A stretch of 64,000 nucleotides of DNA from Azolla caroliniana (taxonomy: Eukaryota; Plantae; Polypodiophyta): positions 17,112,001-17,176,000 of the forward strand of contig JBHGNT010000015.1 in NCBI GenBank assembly GCA_043228905.1, in the 5' to 3' direction. Positions 35,041 to 48,100 of this stretch are shown piece after piece; within the stretch, counting starts at the first letter, position 1, and each line of letters opens with the position of its first letter. The translations under genes were made by a program, and so were the position numbers. The notes below the pieces were generated by a model that worked only from the letters and a program-made list of their open reading frames with translations, was not told the DNA's origin and searched no databases.

Positions 35041-36611
35041 TGAGATTGCGGGAGAAAAAAAAAATGTGGATTTTAAATTCACTTCTAGCAAACAAAATAG
35101 TTAAATTTTGTATCATTGTGGAGGCCCTAGATAGATAATATCTTTGGTTTTTTTCATCTTTGAACCTTTTTCCCTATTTTATTTTGTTTACAAATAGTTC
35201 GTTCATTTCATTAAAACAATTATGTGCTCAAGAATGAAATAGATAATTTATAACAATATTTCTACATATACATAATACCCATTTTATCTTTAACTTGTGA
35301 TCATAGATAGTTATGTCATGAATTCAACTTATACAATCAACAACTTATAATAGGGTCTTAAAATGTCATCAAGTCAAGCATATTACAATCAATATAGCCA
35401 TTGAATTGCATACAATAATTTTCCACTTACGAGAATTTAAAAAAACTTTAACAATATTGTACGACAATTTATCATAATTTAAACAACCCATGATGTTCAT
35501 ATTCCGTATTCACCAAGATTAAACTAAGCCATTCTCAAGTATTATTGATTCTACCATATATTCAACAGTCAAAAGTTTCATATCATCGAGTAATTGTCAC
35601 CAACAATGTCGCATACCTTGATCGTGTTTTTTAGCATGTTCTTCCTGTTCATATATTGATTGATTGGAATCTCTCATATAACAATATCTTGGTATTAAAC
35701 CTTCTTTATTCGTCCACCTACATGAGGGATTAGTAATTGTGTCATTTTCAACTAACCACTCACCAACACACCCAAATCACCTTAAAAGTGTTTGTGAGTT
35801 TCTTTCGAGTGATATCCACAATCAATTGGCACCAAATTATCTTTCTAAACCAACATGCCAACCTTTAGACTTGTCATTGTCTCCACTAGACAATTTAAAC
35901 ATGGAAACTCTTCAACATCATTGTTGTGGAACTTACATGACATAAATGTTCATGGATGCATTTACACATACACAATCAGTCAATATTAACCAATATATGT
36001 AATGTTGTAAACAATGCCTTATTTTAAGTATGGGTGGCTTAATGGCGTCACTAGGAGTTCTATTTGTGCCCACCAGTAGTTCAGAGAATCTCAAGCAATA
36101 TGCATACCTTTTTATTACATTGCAACATGTGATATATGTCCTCTGCTTTATTGTAATAAAGTGGCATCTTTCAAATCCAATGAATGTGACATGTTGTCTA
36201 AGACTTACCATTCTCATGTATTAAATCATCCCAAGGCTCAATAAATTATTTAGTTTAATCGTGTGTGTGTTTGGGAAAAGATGTATTTCAGGTAATGTTT
36301 GTGTCAAATCATCTAATATTGCAACCTTTTAAATAGAACGACATAATAAGTAGAAAATGCATGACCTCTCCGTCTTGTATCCTGCAATGGATACAAACAC
36401 AACCAACATGATAAAGCAAACTATGTTATAGAAAACAAATGTTTCTAAACTTGTTCATCGTTTACATACACCTTAAGATGTACACATGGCATCATTTTTT
36501 ATTTTTGCATGACTTTTTGGAAATTGCAATAAAATAATACAAGTGCCACTACCTTTCTTTTTGCACAAAAAAAATAAGTTCTCTTTCTAATACCTATAGA
36601 ATGGTTTAAGA

Positions 36612-37502
36612 CATAGTATGTAAAGTTCGTGTTCGTCTACTATATCATTCATTTTCCTACATTGGAAAACGAACACGAATGATATTTAAAAATTCGTGTG
36701 TTTTTAAAAAAAAAAAATTTGATTTTTAAAATTTTTTCCCCTCTTTTTCCCCCTTTTCCTCTTCACATCAACGCTACGCTTTGCTCTCCCCCCCCTTTTC
36801 CCCCTTTTCCTTCAATGACCTGTTGTTGGAACGATCTGTTGCTTGCATCGTACACCTTCTCACGACCATTACTTTCTGCATACCAACGATATTTAGGTAT
36901 GTTAATGGTTAATAATAGGATTTAAAGTTGTTGAATGTTTAGGTCATAGTATGTACTCTATGTACAAATTTTTTTGCAATTTTTCACTAATTTTTGTAGT
37001 TTTTTTTGTAATTTTTGTAATTTTTTTATAATTTTTGTAATTTCTATAAATTCTTTTTAATTTCTGTAACTGTTTTGTATTTATGTGATTTCTGTAATTT
37101 CTGTAATTTTGTTGTAATTTTGTTGTAATTTCTGTAATTTCTGTATAATTTCTGTAAATTTGTTGTAATTTCATTGTAATTGCAGTCATTTTTGTAAATG
37201 TTTTGTAATTTCTGTAATTTCTATACAATTTCTGTAATTTCTGTAATTGTTTTGTAATTTTCTGTAATTTTGTTATAATTTCTATAATTTCTATAATTTC
37301 TATAATTTCTATAATTTCTGTAATTTCTTCATAATTTCTGTAATTTTTAAAGTTTTTTTAACTTGAAAAAATATTTACCTTATAGTAAATAATTTAACCA
37401 AAAGTATGGTATTTATCATTCTTCGAGGGTGTTTACCCTTCTCGAATGATTGAATCATTCTCGAACACGAATGCACGAATGGTACGCATGGTTCATACTA
37501 TG
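36612..37502. mobile_element. Non-autonomous hAT-type DNA transposon (MITE)
   Basis: TIR CATAGTATG/CATACTATG, 8-bp TSD GTTTAAGA (36604-36611, 37503-37510), subterminal TTCGTGTTCG/CGAACACGAA motifs. Confidence 0.85.
36975..37350. repeat. Degenerate 9-bp minisatellite (TTTCTGTAA)n inside the MITE
   Basis: Many direct copies of TTTCTGTAA/TTTCTATAA. Confidence 0.9.
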
Positions 37503-38479
37503 GTTTAAGATATCCTTAGTGAGAATATGTGACAAGAAACTTGTTTGTGATTAAATAAATTATTTGACCTATAAAAGGTGGAGCTAGATATTGTATTCAA
37601 AGCTTTTGAATGACAAATATTGCATACTCTTGCATTTTCAGCCGGATTTTAGATATTGCATAAAATTACGACCTTGCGTATTTTGACTACGAACATCAAG
37701 GTTATAAAGCTCATGCATAAATGCATGTAGTCTCCATATCCCTTTGTGCATACATATGTGTTCAATTGTATATATGTATAGATGCATCGCACATATAGTG
37801 AAACTAATTGAAATTTGCACCATGAAAAGCAATGGTTCAAGTGCGAAGAATCGTGGAAGTGATTTTGTTTTCTATGTTTATTGTTACTTTAAAAGTAGTT
37901 TGTTCACAGTATTATCATGAAAAGCTTAATAAAATCCAAACCCTAAAGAACTTTGGTTGGCTAGAAACAAATATTTTTCAATTTGAAGTTCATAGTACAT
38001 ACTTGACATACCTTCCTTGTATTTGATGAACCTTGTCTTCAAAGATTTGATATGTGTCATGATAGAGTTTCTAATTCTGAATTCTTAGAATTCAAATTTA
38101 AGAACACGAGTTTGTAGCAATAGATAAAAAGCTTATCATAAGAGATAGATATATATTTGTTTAATCTCTACCGTGGAGACCAATTGCAATAAATGGGACA
38201 AGGCCTAGCCAAAGGCAAGGATTGAATTTTGGTTCTATCAAATTTATGACTTTGATCCTACAATGCAAACCACAAAGCCAACATACTGAGAGAAAGGTAA
38301 CCTTAAATCGCAATATACTTTTATAGGTTTACTCTATTTTTTGGGTCTTATTTTTTGTTTATGTGTGCTTAGGCTGTTAGAATTCCAAAAGAGAATATAC
38401 TCCATTAGTTAAAATATACATGAACACGATCCCTTTCTCAAGTAGGCCGTGCCAAGATTATCCTAGCCTACATACGAGA

Positions 38480-39085
38480 TCTCACTTATTTATCTTACAC
38501 TTTTACATATGACTCAAGCCATCCTTTTAGATACATCACCTACCTTCACTATCCCACTTGCCATGTCTTTCACGCCCCTCGTTCAACTAATGGGAGGGGG
38601 AAACAACCATCTAGGTACATCATACTTCCATAGTATATCCATTCCATTTGCTGCGGCCATCGGTGTCGTACACCATCTTTTTCGAAAGTTTAGCCTCATT
38701 AGGTCTGCAGCATCATTAGTACCATTAATCCGCTCATATTGAGCTCTTAGTGTAGTTATGAGTGTGTGCCAAATTAGCTTAATCGATTCAGCTGGAGGGC
38801 GTTTGTGTGCGGAAAATACCCTGGTACACCTTGTTGTCCATATATGCCATATAGTAATGGGGGCAAGCAACATCCAAAGATCTTCAAGTTTTTGATTCTG
38901 TACACAAGTTGTAGGTACCCCGTTGTCAGTGATCAGCCGAACAATGCCATTCTCCCCTCTGTACTTAGCATTGCATGTGTTATCGTATGTCACCACATCA
39001 ACGTCAAGACACATCCAACAAGCATGTCCCCAGTTGAGGGTGAACGAACTAGAGGCATGGCAAAGCAAACGAAGTGTGTGTTTAG
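38480..39085 (-). mobile_element. 5'-truncated L1-type LINE, ORF2 C-terminus (ORF 38583-39068)
   Basis: LWMLLAPITIWHIWTTRCTRVFS (W-x-IW-x-x-R pattern) ... WLFPPP. Confidence 0.65.
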
Positions 39086-41326
39086 CTAGTTAGAATTGTC
39101 GGGGTTTTTTTTTGCCCACTAACTAATATGGTCATTATGTTTTAGTGCCACTCACCATGACATGTATATAAAAGTTCTTAATGTATCCCTACCACAACGA
39201 TAGTTTCTCCCGACACCATTCAATGAAACTTTACCGTATTCCTTGTAAAAATACAACTTTAGAGTTCTTAGAGTAACATATGATATTAATGTAAAGTTGG
39301 TGGTTATTTTACACATTCCCCACCAACAAGAAATGTGATTATAGTTACAAAATATTTAGATCATATGTCTAAGGATGAGATTGAGATCCTTAAATCGAAT
39401 GTACATGATCTATACCAACATGGGTTATGTATGAGTTCATGTCACTCTCCTTGAATTCCATTTTGTCCTGCTAGTCTTTATGTCATGTTTTTTATTGGCA
39501 TTTTTTAATTCACTGATGCACCGTTGGTAGGTATGATAATACCCTTAAAATATTTCATCACAATGGTGCAGTTGAATGTAGTCTTTTATTAAGAAATGAA
39601 ATAAAAATATAATTTCCTTGGGTTTGTAATACTTAATTTGACATTCATATCAAGAAGGGAAGTTGATGTCATTTGATATCGCAATAGTCTAGAAATTCAT
39701 TGTTTGTATAAAGCTATATTAGCATTTTTCTAATGAATATGTGTCTTGTGTCTAGGAAACCAATGTACACAAAAAACACTATGATGAATATGGTCAAAAA
39801 TGCAAAAAAAACAATAGTTCATATTTATCGATAGTTTCTAGTAAGGTTTTGTAAGTTCAACAATGACATTCAACTCTAGGAATCCTCAAAAGATCTTGCC
39901 AATGATATGTTGAAGGAAGGTGAAGATGGGTCCCTTATTGTAGAGGGACAAAGAACAAATGAGCAAATGGAACCTTTTTCCCCATTACATCTTTCTAAGT
40001 AAAACCCCTCTTTTTAGATTGAGAGAGCTTAGAGGTGAGAACATTATGTGGAATTTATATTGTGGATATATACTATAAATACTATTCGGATGGAAGGTGT
40101 TAAACCTATGGTTAGCCGGTGTTTAATCTCGTACAATATTAGGAAATTATGATAGAAAGAATGATGTCTGAGGATAAAAAAAGACATGAACCCTTTCATT
40201 GGACACTTCCACTAAGGGCAAGTTGAGTCAATTCCTTGTCTTCTTCGTACCTTCCTGGAATTACTAAAGCGTGGCTTGCTGGTTAGGGGCTTTTGCATCC
40301 TCTTCCAACAATTGATGGCATTGTTACAACAATTTGGTGATTTTATTTCGGAACCATCTTGAGGTGGCAATTCAAGTCTCAAATATATTGAGCTTGGATA
40401 TGTAACTCATCAAAAGTGGTTGAAACAATCCCTATGGATCAAGTGATTTGTTGAAGCAATGTTCTTTCTTCAAGCTTTCATAACTTTTATCGTTGTTTAC
40501 TTGGTACAAACTTCAATACATTCTTAGTTGTTTTGCACATTAGAGTGGAGTCGAAAATTTCCTAGTGAATCTCAATTTTCACAAATGATTGAACTATAAA
40601 ATTAATTTTCAAATAATGTTGTGCTTTTGTTATGAGAATTTATTTCCCCAATTGCAACACTCTTGTGAACTTGTAGAGGGTTAGGGTATTAGCTAAGGAA
40701 AAGGCAAGTCTAATGATAATCATGGTTGGTTGAAAGTTGGAACTTTGGTAACATGCTTTGTTCTTTTGACAAGTTTCCTAATATCTTTTCTCATGGGCAA
40801 AGTTCAAAATCATGATTTGCCATGTCGGAAAGATGTGTTAGTAAGTGTTTTCCCTAGAAAAGATGTCATGTTGGTGGTTAAAGGGAGGCTTATACTATAC
40901 TAATAAGAAAATAATGTTAAACTACACATTATTTGTTCAGATTTTTAAGAATTATGCAAGCTAAGATAAAGGAAGTAAAAGGTTATGTATGTGAGGATTG
41001 TTTCTAAATATAATCTACCAAGGCCTGCGCACAAGCTTAGATCGTTGAGTGAACTACAAAAAGTCGAAGACATTGGATTGCCTAGACATGGTGAAAGTGG
41101 GTATCCTAGAAAACAATTTGGTTTTTGTCCAAGACATTATTTGCATTTGCATTTGCATAAACAATGTTGCACATGAAGGTTGTCAAATTAGTGCATTAAT
41201 GTAAATAGAGAGAAGCAATTGGTGTGTTGACAATTGAGGCTGTTTGGAGATATATAAGAGGGCATGAGGACAATTTATGAGTACATTGGATTTGACCTAA
41301 GAGATGTGACTATGAAAGAATCACAA

Positions 41327-41332
<6 letters not shown>

Positions 41333-41370
<38 letters not shown>
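41333..41370. repeat. (CT)n microsatellite
   Basis: Perfect dinucleotide run. Confidence 0.9.
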
Positions 41371-41372
<2 letters not shown>

Positions 41373-41729
41373 CCTCATTGTAGGGAGGTAGGGGGCTCAT
41401 GACTCCATCCCACAACAAAGAATATGGGATTGGATAAATTTGTCAATTATTCCTAATTTCCCTATAGTTTTTTTTTGTTAGAAAAAGGTACTTCCAATTA
41501 GTTAGCTAGAGTATCTTTACAGCCCAATATGTACACTAGAAATGTAATCATAGAAATTCCACAATTCTATCTACCACATCACCCCTGTTTTTGTTTATCA
41601 TCCTGTCACCTGCAAAATTTTAGAAAAATACCTTGTACCTTCCTAGTTGGGCTACCAAGGTGGATATAACCATTTTGGCATGGTGTAACATCCCTTTGGC
41701 ACGCCATCTACATAGTAAGTTGCTTGTTT

Positions 41730-42261
41730 TTCTTATTTGTTTATACTACTTTAGTATTTTTATCTTTGGCTCGCCCGAAGGCTACAACTCACACAAAGTC
41801 ATGTTTTATTAGTAGTACATAGTCCATCAAGGGTTGTACCGAATGGTACGAGTGAGATACATGCACAGGATGACCTCTAGGATATGATGAGACTCGCACC
41901 ACGTTCCATCATGCAACTTGTAGACAGGCTACATTTTACCTTCTTCATCGTCGAAACCGCCACCATCTTCGTCGTCGTCACTTACGGGCACAAACGGCCC
42001 TTCACTGTCACCATTTTTGTGTCGTCGCCACTATCTTCGTCGTCGTCACTTACGGGCACAAACCACCCTTCACTGTCACCATTTGCATCGTTGCCACTAT
42101 CTTCGTCGTCGTCACTTACGGGCACAAACCGCCCTTCATTGTCACCATTTTGCATCGTTGCCACTATCTTCGTCGTCGTCACATTACGGGCACAAACCGC
42201 CCTTTTTAGGTCCACATGTATGTTGGTGCGGGGAGACTCGAACCTCCAACCTAGCGGTAGG
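41730..42261 (-). mobile_element. tRNA-derived SINE, slightly 5'-truncated, with internal ~64-bp tandem repeats
   Basis: 16-bp TSD AGTAAGTTGCTTGTTT (41714-41729, 42262-42277); minus 5' end has B box GGTTCGAGTCT then CCCCGCACCA; AATAAA and A-rich 3' tail. Confidence 0.8.
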
Positions 42262-42451
42262 AGTAAGTTGCTTGTTTAATATTGAGTTTACCACAATCAA
42301 ATAGGTTTTTGATTGTCATAGTGGAGGCTTCTTGATTGGTTGAAGTGTATGATTATTACATCCAAGATTGTAGTTAGACAACCCTATACTTTGGCAACCA
42401 TTTTGTAGTTAGACAACCATTTTGGCGTGGTGTAACATCCCTTTGGCATGC

Positions 42452-44003
42452 TGTCGTGATGTGGCGTGCTCGAGGGTGGGAAAAACCGGCGAAAGGGGGG
42501 TCAAAAATGTGCATGTGCAATGTGTGTGCACACAAAAGCGATTAATTGTGCATATGCAAAATAAAAAGGAAAAGAAAGGGTGAAAAGGAGGTATAGAAGC
42601 TCGTGCAAAAAGTAAGAGAGAGGAGAGATAAAAGGTAGAGGGGAGACAGGCTATAAATTTATAGAGATAGAATTATATATTGTATAAGAGAGGGTTAGTG
42701 GGTTAGTGGATAGTCACATTGATTATTAGCTAGAGGTGCATGGTTTGAATCTAGTCTTATTGTGCAGCTTGATTTAAGGAATTTTATTCCTTTTTCATTG
42801 AAGACAAATTTGGTGACCCCCCCTTCTTTTTTTCCTATAAAAGGAGGTCGAGGGGGGCTCATTGAGGAGGACGTTTTGGGAGGAGGAGACTATCGCCAAT
42901 TTTCCTTCGAAGCTCTTCATTTCCTTATTCACCACTTCTCTTCATCTCATACCCCTTTATCCCTCCATCGCCACGTGCTCGTCTTCTTCGCGTCGGCACT
43001 CGAAGTGCTCGTGAGCCAAGCTTTGTTGGTTCGACGTTGCTCTGCCCCGTTCGTTGTTGCGAGCCCGTGTGCTCGCCGTTCGGGTGTTCGTGGTTCGTTG
43101 GGATTGGCATTTTGGTGGTGCTCGTGTGTTCATCTTCGCTATGTTCGAATTTGCTTTTGTCTCTAAGGGCATTTAATATTTATGTTTTGATTGAGCTTGT
43201 GGTTAACTATAAGTTGCCATTGTAAACAAAACCCTATTTTATAAAGGGTCCTCTTGCGTTGGAATCGAACACGTATTTATCTCTTTGGTCGATATCATTC
43301 ATGTTTCTTTCTCTCCTTTCTTTATTCGTGTCTTCCTTGTACGTTCGACCATCTTGTGACGAGGGGACCGTTCGGGCTTGCCCATGCACCTCTCCTCCTC
43401 ATAAAGGTGTACGAGCATTTTGTGCGTGTGTTTGTGTCTTCCTCGTACGTTCGACGTCTTGTGACGAGGGAGCGTTCGGGCGTGCCCATGCACCTCTCCT
43501 CCTCATAAAGACATACGGACATTCATGTTTGTGTTATCGTCCCCTTGTGTGTTCATGTTGCCTGCTCATCTTGTTTGTACCCGTTTGGTCACTTGGCTCA
43601 TGCGGTGACCTCAGAAGGTCGACGAGTTGTGATCAACGAGAGCCATCGGCCTCACAAAACAAAGGGCAACGAGACCTTGCTTGGGAAGGGGTCGGGAAGT
43701 AGTATTGACGTAAAGCAAACCTCGGGTCTCCTCTATCCCTTGAGTACTCCCTAGTCCAAGTCCCTCGTGGTCCCGCCCAAGTAACACACGTGCGCGAAAC
43801 TTCGCGACATAAATTGGTAGTCGTGATCAACGAGAGCCGCCGGCCTCACAAAACAAAGGGCAAGGAGACCTTGCTCGGGAAGGGGTCGGGAAGTAGTATT
43901 GTCGTAAAGCAAACCTCGGGTCTTCTCTATCCCTTGAGTACTCCCTAGTCCAAGACCCCCGTGGTTCCGCCCAAGTAACACACGTGCGCGAAACTTCGCG
44001 ACA
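42452..44003 (+). repeat. Solo LTR of the Trp-primed Gypsy family with a duplicated U5 end
   Basis: TGTCGTGA...TCGCGACA, CTATAAAAG at ~42836, flanks ATGC/ACGC within a host repeat that reads GGCACGCCATC. Confidence 0.85.
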
Positions 44004-44345
44004 ACGCCATCTACATAGTAAGTTGCTTGTTTAATATTGAGTTTACCACAATCAAATAGGTTTTTGATTGTCATAGTGGAGGCTTCTTGATTGGTTGAAA
44101 GGTTATGATTATTGCATCCAAGATTGTAGTTAGACAACCCTATACTTTGACCTAGACACTAAAACAAAAGTAACTTCAATTTGAACAACATAAAAGCACC
44201 CAAGGTACCAAAATTAAGGGCGTTTTTCCTTCTTTTTTGTTGATTCTGCCAAACTTAGGGTCTTTCTTCCTTCTTCTTTGTTTGTTATTTTGTGTTTGTG
44301 TGGTATTAGAACTTTTGGACTAAAAGTCCTATGTCGACCGACCAT

Positions 44346-45122
44346 TGTCGCGGATATCCACGTGTACGTGTCGGATATGGCGGGACCGCCATGGCCTTGA
44401 ACTAAGGAGACAAAAGGAGGGATAGTGAGACAAGCTTGGAGTAACTAACCATCTCGATTCCCAGATCTCTTGGTTGAGCGCACGGTTCACAAAACCTGTA
44501 TTCAATCTGGCACAATCGTCGGATTTCAGAAACGGAGCACATGGGCTCTCAAACACGATGATCGAACGCAACACGGAGGCGAAGAACGACACCACCGAGA
44601 GACAGAAGTAGAGAAAAGATGTAGACCCAACACCGGACGAGAGGTGGTTACAACAATGTCAAGAATGGATTAACAACAGAGAAAAATACAACCGAACTCA
44701 ACCAACGCCACAACTTTGAGCTCCGCACGTGCACACACACAAAACCAATGAGCCTCTAGTCGGGAGCACACGGGCTTCCAAGTTCCTACGCGAGCAGAGG
44801 CCTCACCCTCGCTACCCGAACCTGCAAAGAACAAAAACTGACAACACTTCTCCCTCCAAAACGATGGAACCCCGAAAACAGACTCCCTCCTTTAATTTTA
44901 TAGCTCAAGGAGTGGGAGGATCGATGTTACATCAGGTTGTTAAGATAGCCATTTTAGTCAAAGATCCTCCCAATGATTCTTTGCCATCACCCACCTTTAT
45001 TCCCCTCTATCCGCGCGATCATAAAGTACCTATTAAATACTCTTGTTTAGTACTTGTTGTTACATTTTATATACATTTGTATACAAGACTCCTTTTTGTG
45101 TGCACACGCCCGTTCCCACGCA
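44346..45122 (-). repeat. Further LTR of the Trp-primed Gypsy family
   Basis: Starts TGTCGCGG...CACGTG; GCGGGACC motif; TTTTATAGCTCAAGGAG matches ~59022; no clear TSD, right end uncertain. Confidence 0.55.
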
Positions 45123-48100
45123 GTCGGCAAGCTTTTCTCCCTGTTACTGGAATCCTCCACAACACTATTGTATCTCTAGTGTGTACTCCCTCTTGGAGTT
45201 AGGGCTAAGCCCACTCATGTATAAATAGGAGGTACTTCCTCCTTGTACAGATAATGCAGAACCATATAACATTTCTCTTTGCCAAAATAGTCTTTCTGTA
45301 TTCTCTATGTATAACTAATTGTAGGAACAAGAAGACAACAACCTCACACTTACTTTATGTTTGCTTGCTTCATATCAACAAGATCTTCACACTTGCTCCC
45401 TCATAGTCGACCAATAGACTACACACAATAGTCAACCCGACACCTCAAGTGTCATCAATTGGTATCAGAGCGATCTTGGAACTAGTAGTGTCGGTATAAG
45501 AAGAGGTAGAAAATTGAAAGGAAAGGACCAGGCCAAACATAGACCTCTAGAAGAACAATGGCCTCAACATTTGGTACAAGTTGTGAGATCAGAAAGTTCG
45601 ATGACAAAAAATTTGCCTTATGAAAGGAGATGATGCAGGATATACTGATCATTAGACGACAAATCAAAGCTATCAGGCACAACAACCAACCATCAACAAT
45701 GGCAACCATAGAATGGCAGTCACTTGACGAGACTGCAAGATCGACAATCAGAATGCATTTGGTCGAAAACCTCTGCTTCAACATGGCTAAAGAGATGACA
45801 ACGTTCACCCTATGGGAGAAGCTTCAAATGATATATGAAAAGATATCGAACTTGTCAAAACTTATCTTGATTTGGAAACTATTAAATATGAAGATGAGGG
45901 AGACAGAGTCGGAAACCTTCCATATCAATACCTTCAATTGGGTGTTGACCGAACTCTCCGCGCAAGACTTGAACTTTGACGAAGAGGTCAAAGCACTTGT
46001 ACTCCTTTTGAGCTTCCCAACAAGTTGGGAAGACTTCTATACAATTGTCATCAATAGCTCGTCGAAGCTAACACTGGACGAAGGGAATGGGGCGGTGATG
46101 TCCAAAGAGCTTCGAGGAAAGTCGATGGGACTCATCATCAATGACAATGCCGAAGCACATTTCTTCGGGGGAACAGCTCAAAGGACTAGTTGCAATCAGA
46201 GCAGGCCAAGAAGGTGAAACGACTGATTAAGGTCAAAGTTGAGAAGTGGAATGCCAAACGCCTACTGCACACATTGTAGAAAGGCCGACCATAATGTTGC
46301 TAACTACTAGTCACTGAACAAAAAGGACATAAGCCGAAGATTCGAGCGGAATGCAAACTCTTCCAACTCGAATCAATCATCAGCCGACAACCATATTCAT
46401 GTTGCCGAATCCTAGTTAGGAGAAGTCCTTCCATTAGAAGGCGTGTCGACTGGGAGAGATCCTATTTAGTGCACAAGATGCACAAACATGGTTGCTCAAT
46501 TCGGGCGTCACCTTCCATGTGATCCACCCACAAAGAATGGTTTTTGAACTATTCGATCAACGTTGGCTCGGTCCGACTTGGCTATATGCAGGAGTGCCTA
46601 ATCGCTAGAATAGGCAAAATACCCATTTGGTAGGCGAATGGAAATATGATCACCCTACACCAAGTGCAACACGTACCCGATCTAAAGAGGAGTATTATCT
46701 ACATCAGCATGTTGGCCGAAGATGGGTACAAGAAGACACTAAGTGAGTCTTCATGGAAAATTTGAAAAGGAAATATGCACATTGGTCATGGTGTGAAGTA
46801 CAATAACTTGTATTCACTCGCAATGATTAGTTAACGGGGATCACTAAATGTAGCTAAAATGTCGACATCGTCGTTATGGCATGGCCGACTCGGCCATATG
46901 TCACAAACTAGGCTCAAAATACTTTCAGTACTTGGCTACATCCCGAAGCTTAGACATGACGATTCTGACTTCTTCAAGCACTGTCAATACGGGAAACAAA
47001 CCTAAAGTCCGCACTCTACGCACTACGAGACTGTATGACAACCCTCAGAGCTAATTCACAATGACATCTGTGGGCCGATGCCCAAGAGATCTCTAGGCGA
47101 CGCACAATACTTCGTCACGTTCATGGATGATTGTACATGCAAAGTTTGGGCGTATTCAATTAATTCCAAAGACGAAACACTCGAGACATTCGCTCGGTGG
47201 ATAACCGAAGTCGAAAATCGATCCGTCCATAAGGTGAAGAATTTCTAATCGAACTACGGAGGCAAATACATATCCAGAGCCTTCGAGAAGTACACTGTCT
47301 AAAAGAGGGATCCGACATCAACGAATCATTCCCTACACCCTGATGCACAATGATGTAGACGAACTGATGAACCGAACAATCCAAGAGAGAGTGGAGGCAA
47401 TTCTCCAACACATAGGACTCAACTCAGAATTTTGGGCAAAGGCGGTGCAAACGACTGTTTATTTTATTAATTTCTCACCATCAAAGGCCATCAAGCTTCA
47501 AGTGCCACAGGCACTATGGTCGGGTATGCAACTGAGCTATGAACGACTTCACATATTTGGGTGCGAATCATATGCCCACATACCAAGGGAGAATCAAACA
47601 AAGTTGGCCCCCCATTCGAGAATATGCATCTTTCTCGGCTATAGGACAAATGGGAATTTCTACTTTCGGCTATGGGATCCAGAGCACAAGAATTTGATTC
47701 GAAGTAGCGACGTAGTCTTCAATGAAGACTCAATTACCTCAGTTCAAACACAGTCCCGAATCGGCAAGAGAATGAGTTTCAATGAGTCGGAGGCCGACAT
47801 GCTGAATGTCGAACCCGAATCGGCTAGCAAGTTGACCAACCGATTCGAACGAGAGCTTACATAGAGAAAACTCTGAATAATATGCCGACTGATTGGTTTG
47901 AACCTGCAATGACACAAAAGAGTTGGCCGAATACTCCTGCAATATGGGTAGATCCGACACAAACGCAAGGAAATTGCAATAGTAGATCCCTCACAAGATC
48001 TCTAACTAGGAGTTACACAATGCTGACCGGACATGCATACCAGTTGAAGAAACTAAATCGATCATTTCGGCACTAAGGAGATATGGACATAGGTGAACCG

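Larger units (their letters stand above)
41669..44150. repeat. ~200-bp tandemly duplicated host sequence, interrupted by a SINE and a solo LTR
   Basis: CCATTTTGGC.TGGTGTAACATCCCTTTGGCA at ~41671 and ~42417; GTAAGTTGCTTGTTTAATATTGAG...CCTATACTTTG at ~42263 and ~44017. Confidence 0.75.

Noticed and set aside
35400-36500. Possible decayed DNA-transposase coding sequence
   Set aside because: No recognisable motif or sustained frame.
36944-37228. 95-codon repetitive ORF (YRNYRN...)
   Set aside because: Artefact of the 9-bp minisatellite.
39600-41300. AT-rich stretch with short ORFs (e.g. 40985-41176)
   Set aside because: No domain similarity or splice structure that I can support.
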